The notes under the pieces are model-generated. The model was not told where the DNA came from. It worked only from the letters and a program-made list of their open reading frames with translations, and did no database searches. From the sequence record NC_031103.1: DNA of 64,000 bases; one strand, given 5' to 3'. Of this stretch, positions 59,713 through 64,000 are shown piece by piece. A program made the position numbers and the translations under genes. The DNA is from Escherichia phage vB_EcoM-UFV13. Position 1 is the first letter of the stretch, and each line of letters begins with the position of its first letter.

Positions 59713-61172
59713 AGACCAGTTACCTCATGAAAATCGCCAAATACATCTTCGAACGTATTAGCTTTAGTTTTATCTTCGCGTAAACGAATCGCAATTGGAA
59801 GAAATAATTTAACGTAATCAGTGCGGCCATCAGATTTTAACCAACCGTTGCATTCGCACTCTAGAATTTTTCCAATATAATAATTTTGGTTTTCCATAAT
59901 GCGAGTACGGTCAAGTTCATGCGATTTTACGCCGGCTTTATCTTTTAAGCCTGAACCAGCATTTACTTTAATTTTTCCACACTCTGACTCAAGAATAAAT
60001 CCACCTGCTTTAGTAGGGTCTTTACGGTGAGGATAAATTCCTACAATTTTTAAATCAACATCAATTACTTCTTTAAATTTATAAAGATTTTTTGAACGAG
60101 CATTTTCCCATAATCCATCGATATTTTTGAGAATAATACCTTCAAGACCTTGGTCAATATACTTTTTATAAATTACCTTAGCTTCATCTAGGTTATTTAC
60201 TACCTGGTTTTCAATTAAAATTACTTTATCATAACCTGATGTCATTTGTTCTAGTTTAGAAAAACGTACATCATATTTCAAACGAAATGCAGGAAGACCG
60301 TATATTTCTACCAACGGGACATAATCCCAGACCTGAAACTTCATGCATTGAGCTTCTTTTTCAGAAATGGTTCCCTTTAAAGATTTATTAGCGATTCCAT
60401 TAGAAGCAGTACGTGATTCAGCTACTTCGGCGAATTCTTTAGCTTTACTAATTTCAGGATAAGCATCAAAAAGAAAATCTAGGCCTTCTGGCTCCTTTTT
60501 AACTTGCTCATGGTATACCAATTCGCCATCAATTAACACACCTTCTGGATGAATCTGGCGGGCTTCAGCGGTCATTTTGATTAACTCTTCTTTGAGAAGG
60601 TCTAATCCTAGATATTCATTACCAGCTCGTGATAAAAGACGAACATCATCTAATTCATCACCTCTGACTTCAGCAAAGCACCGAGCCCCATCAGCTTTTA
60701 ACTGGGCAAAGGCTGGAAATTTGATATTCTTATTAATGCCTTTTTCATCATAAGAACTTGCCAGCATTTGAGGTTGTTCAGGAATTAAACCTGGCCAAAC
60801 TTTGTTTGCAATAGATACTGAAGCACCGCATTCAAGGTCTCGCATCATCACCCGACGCAAAACTTCAACATCATCTTTTTTACCGTCAGTAATATATCCA
60901 GTTAATTCCTCAATTGCCGCATTTCCAGTCAATTTCCGAGTAGCTAACGTGAATTCAATGAAGTCGAGCATATCGGTAAGAGTCAACATTCCAAAACTCT
61001 GGGTAGCAATACCCGGTTTAGGCCATTTCTTGATATAATACTGTAACCCACGAGAATAAGTCAGACGATATACTCGTTTAAGCAATTCATTATCTTTATT
61101 CTTTTCAAGAATTGCTTGCTTCTGCTTAGTTGAACCAATAGATGCTATTTCGTTCAGAATTTTAAGAATCAT
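59709..61172 (-). CDS. 30: ATP-dependent DNA ligase
   Basis: 487 aa; adenylation motif I LKADGAR. Confidence 0.9.
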   Translation of the reverse strand: MILKILNEIASIGSTKQKQAILEKNKDNELLKRVYRLTYSRGLQYYIKKWPKPGIATQSFGMLTLTDMLDFIEFTLATRKLTGNAAIEELTGYITDGKKDDVEVLRRVMMRDLECGASVSIANKVWPGLIPEQPQMLASSYDEKGINKNIKFPAFAQLKADGARCFAEVRGDELDDVRLLSRAGNEYLGLDLLKEELIKMTAEARQIHPEGVLIDGELVYHEQVKKEPEGLDFLFDAYPEISKAKEFAEVAESRTASNGIANKSLKGTISEKEAQCMKFQVWDYVPLVEIYGLPAFRLKYDVRFSKLEQMTSGYDKVILIENQVVNNLDEAKVIYKKYIDQGLEGIILKNIDGLWENARSKNLYKFKEVIDVDLKIVGIYPHRKDPTKAGGFILESECGKIKVNAGSGLKDKAGVKSHELDRTRIMENQNYYIGKILECECNGWLKSDGRTDYVKLFLPIAIRLREDKTKANTFEDVFGDFHEVTGL

Positions 61173-61438
61173 TGTTCATCCTTTAGAGTTTGGTTTACAG
61201 CTCTATTATAAATCAATTCATCATTAAGCTCAGTCAAAGACCTGTGGTATGTGGTTCTAACTTTATTTCCTTGCATCCAGTGCTTGACGTAAATGAAACC
61301 TTGCTCTACACATTTTTTAAAAATTCGTTCGTCTTTTTGAGCTCGGAATTCTGGATTGCATCTAAAAAATTGATTTACGTGACCGTAATCACGTGTAGTA
61401 TTACCTTCATTTTCATAAATAGTGTGAACGACAAACAT
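61169..61438 (-). CDS. Hypothetical protein (30.1-like)
   Basis: 89 aa. Confidence 0.55.
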   Translation of the reverse strand: MFVVHTIYENEGNTTRDYGHVNQFFRCNPEFRAQKDERIFKKCVEQGFIYVKHWMQGNKVRTTYHRSLTELNDELIYNRAVNQTLKDEQ

Positions 61439-62277
61439 TAGAATGCTCCTTGGAAAATATTATCACCACTAGTAGGTCTATTATACAAATACTCTATGCC
61501 ACCAGGTTTAATATAGTTCCATGTCTGAAACGGATGTGTCTGATATGGATGATATAGATGATTATAAGGATTAAATCCAGGAGTTCTCCAGGTAGTGTTC
61601 CAAGGAAAAGAATCGTTTTTGATCATCTTCTCAATTACATCTTTTATAACTTTTTCACTATCAAAACTTTCTTTATTTTCCTTCGATGGAAAAAGCTTAT
61701 TCTCTACATCATTCCATGTATAAACTCGCTGTGCAGTTTTTGGAATACTGTCACGCTCTCCTCGAGCCATCCAATAAACAGGAACACTTAATATTTCACT
61801 CGCATGATCGCAGTGGTGAGCGAGATCGTCAATATAACAAATTACGTTATATTTCTCTTTTGCCTTTTTGAACAACTCTTCTTTTGAAGAATCATGACCA
61901 CACATCAATACTTCTGAGAAGGCACCAGGAAAAAGAGCATTCAAATTAAATTGACGATTCAGCAGAGCGTCAATAGAATCACCCAGTGCTGTAACAGCTA
62001 CAAAATTATAATCTTCTTTTAATTTGTTAATTACACACAGGGCATCTTTATATGGCGACAAGTAACGAATAAAATCTGAACGATTGTATTTTTCAATTAG
62101 CTTAACGCCAAGTTCTTCATCACAATTAAAAAGTTTACCAGGAGAAATAAATTTCTCATCCTGGATCATTTTTAAAATATGTTCTAACGGAAGATTATAT
62201 TTCTGAGCAAAATAAGGAAGGCCTGATTGCCAGCTTAAACATACACCATCAATATCAGTCAAAATAGTAGGCTTCAT
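61438..62277 (-). CDS. HAD-superfamily phosphatase-like protein (30.2-like)
   Basis: 279 aa; N-terminal DIDGV motif (HAD motif I). Confidence 0.55.
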   Translation of the reverse strand: MKPTILTDIDGVCLSWQSGLPYFAQKYNLPLEHILKMIQDEKFISPGKLFNCDEELGVKLIEKYNRSDFIRYLSPYKDALCVINKLKEDYNFVAVTALGDSIDALLNRQFNLNALFPGAFSEVLMCGHDSSKEELFKKAKEKYNVICYIDDLAHHCDHASEILSVPVYWMARGERDSIPKTAQRVYTWNDVENKLFPSKENKESFDSEKVIKDVIEKMIKNDSFPWNTTWRTPGFNPYNHLYHPYQTHPFQTWNYIKPGGIEYLYNRPTSGDNIFQGAF

Positions 62278-62732
62278 AGAGAGTCTCTTAATAGGTTTAA
62301 CACATCAATAAATTCAGCTTCGGTTAGTATTGTATCATCTTTTGTTAGACCACTAGCCATGCTGTGCTTCAAAACTTTTCCTTTCGAGGCTAGTAATGCA
62401 TCACGAAAGCCCTTGTTTTGGATCGCTGCTTCAAAATATGCATTTGTGTATAATTCTTTCCACGCTGGGGAGTATCTTGAAAACGGAACTCCCAGCCAGA
62501 AGAGGGTCCCACGGTCCTGAGCTCTTGCATAAGACCTTCCAGCTTGTTGGGCGGCCAATCCGGAGAGCCTAAATATACGTTTTTGTTGTTCAACATTTTT
62601 CACCTTGCATCCTTGGAGGAATCCTTCAAGACCTCCAAATTGGATACCATCCATAACAAAAGGCCATTGGGCGAAATTACTTAATGCGCATGATGGCCAT
62701 CTAAAATTACTTCTTATCTCTAACTCAGACAT
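62274..62732 (-). CDS. NADAR / YbiA-like domain protein (30.3-like)
   Basis: 152 aa; LSNFAQWPFVMDGIQFGGLEGFLQGCK resembles the YbiA/NADAR signature NF..WP..VDG...E.YFQA.K. Confidence 0.6.
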   Translation of the reverse strand: MSELEIRSNFRWPSCALSNFAQWPFVMDGIQFGGLEGFLQGCKVKNVEQQKRIFRLSGLAAQQAGRSYARAQDRGTLFWLGVPFSRYSPAWKELYTNAYFEAAIQNKGFRDALLASKGKVLKHSMASGLTKDDTILTEAEFIDVLNLLRDSL

Positions 62733-62940
62733 CTTTAATACTTATAATTTCAACATCAGCCCAATGACCATAACTTGGCAGACGGTCTTCAATAGATAAT
62801 CCGCCATCATATTTAAGCATTTTAATTGTCATAATATATGGCTCTAAATGGTCTTCTGTGAGCGGAGAAACGTCAGTCACACGATAAGTAACTTCAACCA
62901 TTTCCGTACCTAATAATTTCTGAATTAATTTCTTAAACAT
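62725..62940 (-). CDS. Hypothetical protein
   Basis: 71 aa. Confidence 0.5.
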   Translation of the reverse strand: MFKKLIQKLLGTEMVEVTYRVTDVSPLTEDHLEPYIMTIKMLKYDGGLSIEDRLPSYGHWADVEIISIKDV

Positions 62941-62944
62941 ATTA

Positions 62945-63232
62945 TCAGAACCTCATCTGAAAACCGTGTGATTTAACATTACCGCCACCAATATCAGAGA
63001 TATTAATTTCGCGCGCAATTGAAGGGTCAATGTCAATTTCATGATTAAGTTTAGTGATAGCTAAAGTATCACGCCCATTTACTGTACGGAATTCTAAAGG
63101 ACAAACCACATCAACGTAATTTTTAATCGATTCACTTGTAGGTTGCAAATGTACAGGAAGGTCTTTGGGCGCCTTTGAGAAAACAACTTCACAGAAATTT
63201 TTGCGGGTGTCAAAATAAGTAGTCATAAACAT
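62945..63232 (-). CDS. Hypothetical protein
   Basis: 95 aa. Confidence 0.5.
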   Translation of the reverse strand: MFMTTYFDTRKNFCEVVFSKAPKDLPVHLQPTSESIKNYVDVVCPLEFRTVNGRDTLAITKLNHEIDIDPSIAREINISDIGGGNVKSHGFQMRF

Positions 63233-63248
63233 AATGTTTTCCTCAGTA

Positions 63249-63264
63249 AGGGGCCGAAGCCCCT
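63249..63264 (-). terminator. UUCG-tetraloop hairpin
   Basis: plus aggggccgaagcccct. Confidence 0.45.
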
Positions 63265-63273
63265 CATTTTATT

Positions 63274-63651
63274 TTAAATATCAAATTCGTTAAGAACTAC
63301 ATCAAAGATTGCTTCAAGATGCTCAGGTTTAGCTCTGTTACTCAGAATATGACGAATCCAAGTTTTAACAAGAAGCTTGCGATTAACGCCATTCCAGCAA
63401 GGATGAGTACCTAAATCACGTTGACGAAAATCATCATCCAGAGCGATTTTAAAGTTGGAACCTTCCATCGTGATTGAAACCGTGATACCGTTTTCAAATC
63501 GCATATAAACGTAGTTAGGAGTCATATACTGCTCAATTTCGCATACTGATCCATTTTGATGTTTCCAAAGGCAAATAGTATCAATAGAACCTGCAATACC
63601 ATTAGAAACATATTTACGTTCAAAGTTAATGTAGTTCATTTTATTCTCCAA
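63274..63651 (-). CDS. Hypothetical protein
   Basis: 125 aa. Confidence 0.5.
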   Translation of the reverse strand: MENKMNYINFERKYVSNGIAGSIDTICLWKHQNGSVCEIEQYMTPNYVYMRFENGITVSITMEGSNFKIALDDDFRQRDLGTHPCWNGVNRKLLVKTWIRHILSNRAKPEHLEAIFDVVLNEFDI

Positions 63652-63706
63652 GATGTTTAATTGTGGTACAGGTGTATAATATCATATCCTGTACCAAAGT
63701 AAACAA

Positions 63707-63973
63707 TTATTTTACTACTTTCCAATGCTTCATGTCAAGTTTACCAACTTTTTTCATCTTCTCAATTAAGCGTTCGGCACGTTGGCGAGCTGTAACATAA
63801 TACCATTCACCTAATTCATTTTGTTCAATTTTTCCAACGATTACTGTATTCAATTCATAAATCCAACCAGTAAAGAAATTATGAACTTGAATTGTAAAGG
63901 TGAAATCTGTTCCCATACCTTCTGTTGTTTCTACTTCAATAATATCACCTTCAACTGCCATTAAGAACCACAT
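63707..63973 (-). CDS. Hypothetical protein (start may lie further upstream)
   Basis: 88 aa ORF near the window edge. Confidence 0.45.
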   Translation of the reverse strand: MWFLMAVEGDIIEVETTEGMGTDFTFTIQVHNFFTGWIYELNTVIVGKIEQNELGEWYYVTARQRAERLIEKMKKVGKLDMKHWKVVK

Positions 63974-64000
63974 AGTTTCATCATATGCACCGTTGAAGCA

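Overview
This window is a contiguous segment of a T4-like (T-even, Tevenvirinae) myovirus genome, read entirely by eye from the sequence and the ORF track. Left to right: the 5' end of lysozyme gene e and nudE with a run of small e.x ORFs (minus strand); two paralogous ORFs with internal-protein-like N-terminal capsid-targeting sequences; a tandem array of 10 tRNA genes (minus strand); ipI, 57B/57A and genes 1, 3, 2, 4 (minus strand); the canonical late morphogenetic block on the plus strand (53, 5, 5.1, 5.4, 6-12, wac, 13-19, 20, 67, 68, 21, 22, 23, 24); rnlB, hoc, inh (minus); uvsW (plus); uvsY, 25, 26 (minus); 51, 27, 28, 29, 48, 54 (plus); then two tandem Alt-family ADP-ribosyltransferase genes, DNA ligase gene 30 and 30.x ORFs (minus). 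Gene order and ORF sizes match phage T4 closely, and protein identities are assigned from recalled T4 proteins and conserved motifs, not from a database search. Visible departures from my recollection of T4 are: no homing-endonuclease (seg) genes at the 23/24 and inh/uvsW junctions, two extra tRNAs (Tyr, Asn), a second alt paralogue, and the ip-like pair between e.8 and the tRNAs. The late structural block is ordinary; I see no obviously new multi-gene system, and the candidates worth follow-up are all in the accessory islands (the ip-like cassette, the tRNA region and its downstream structured RNA, and the alt/30.2/30.3 neighbourhood). The sequence contains 15 ambiguous bases (n), so a few codons are undetermined.
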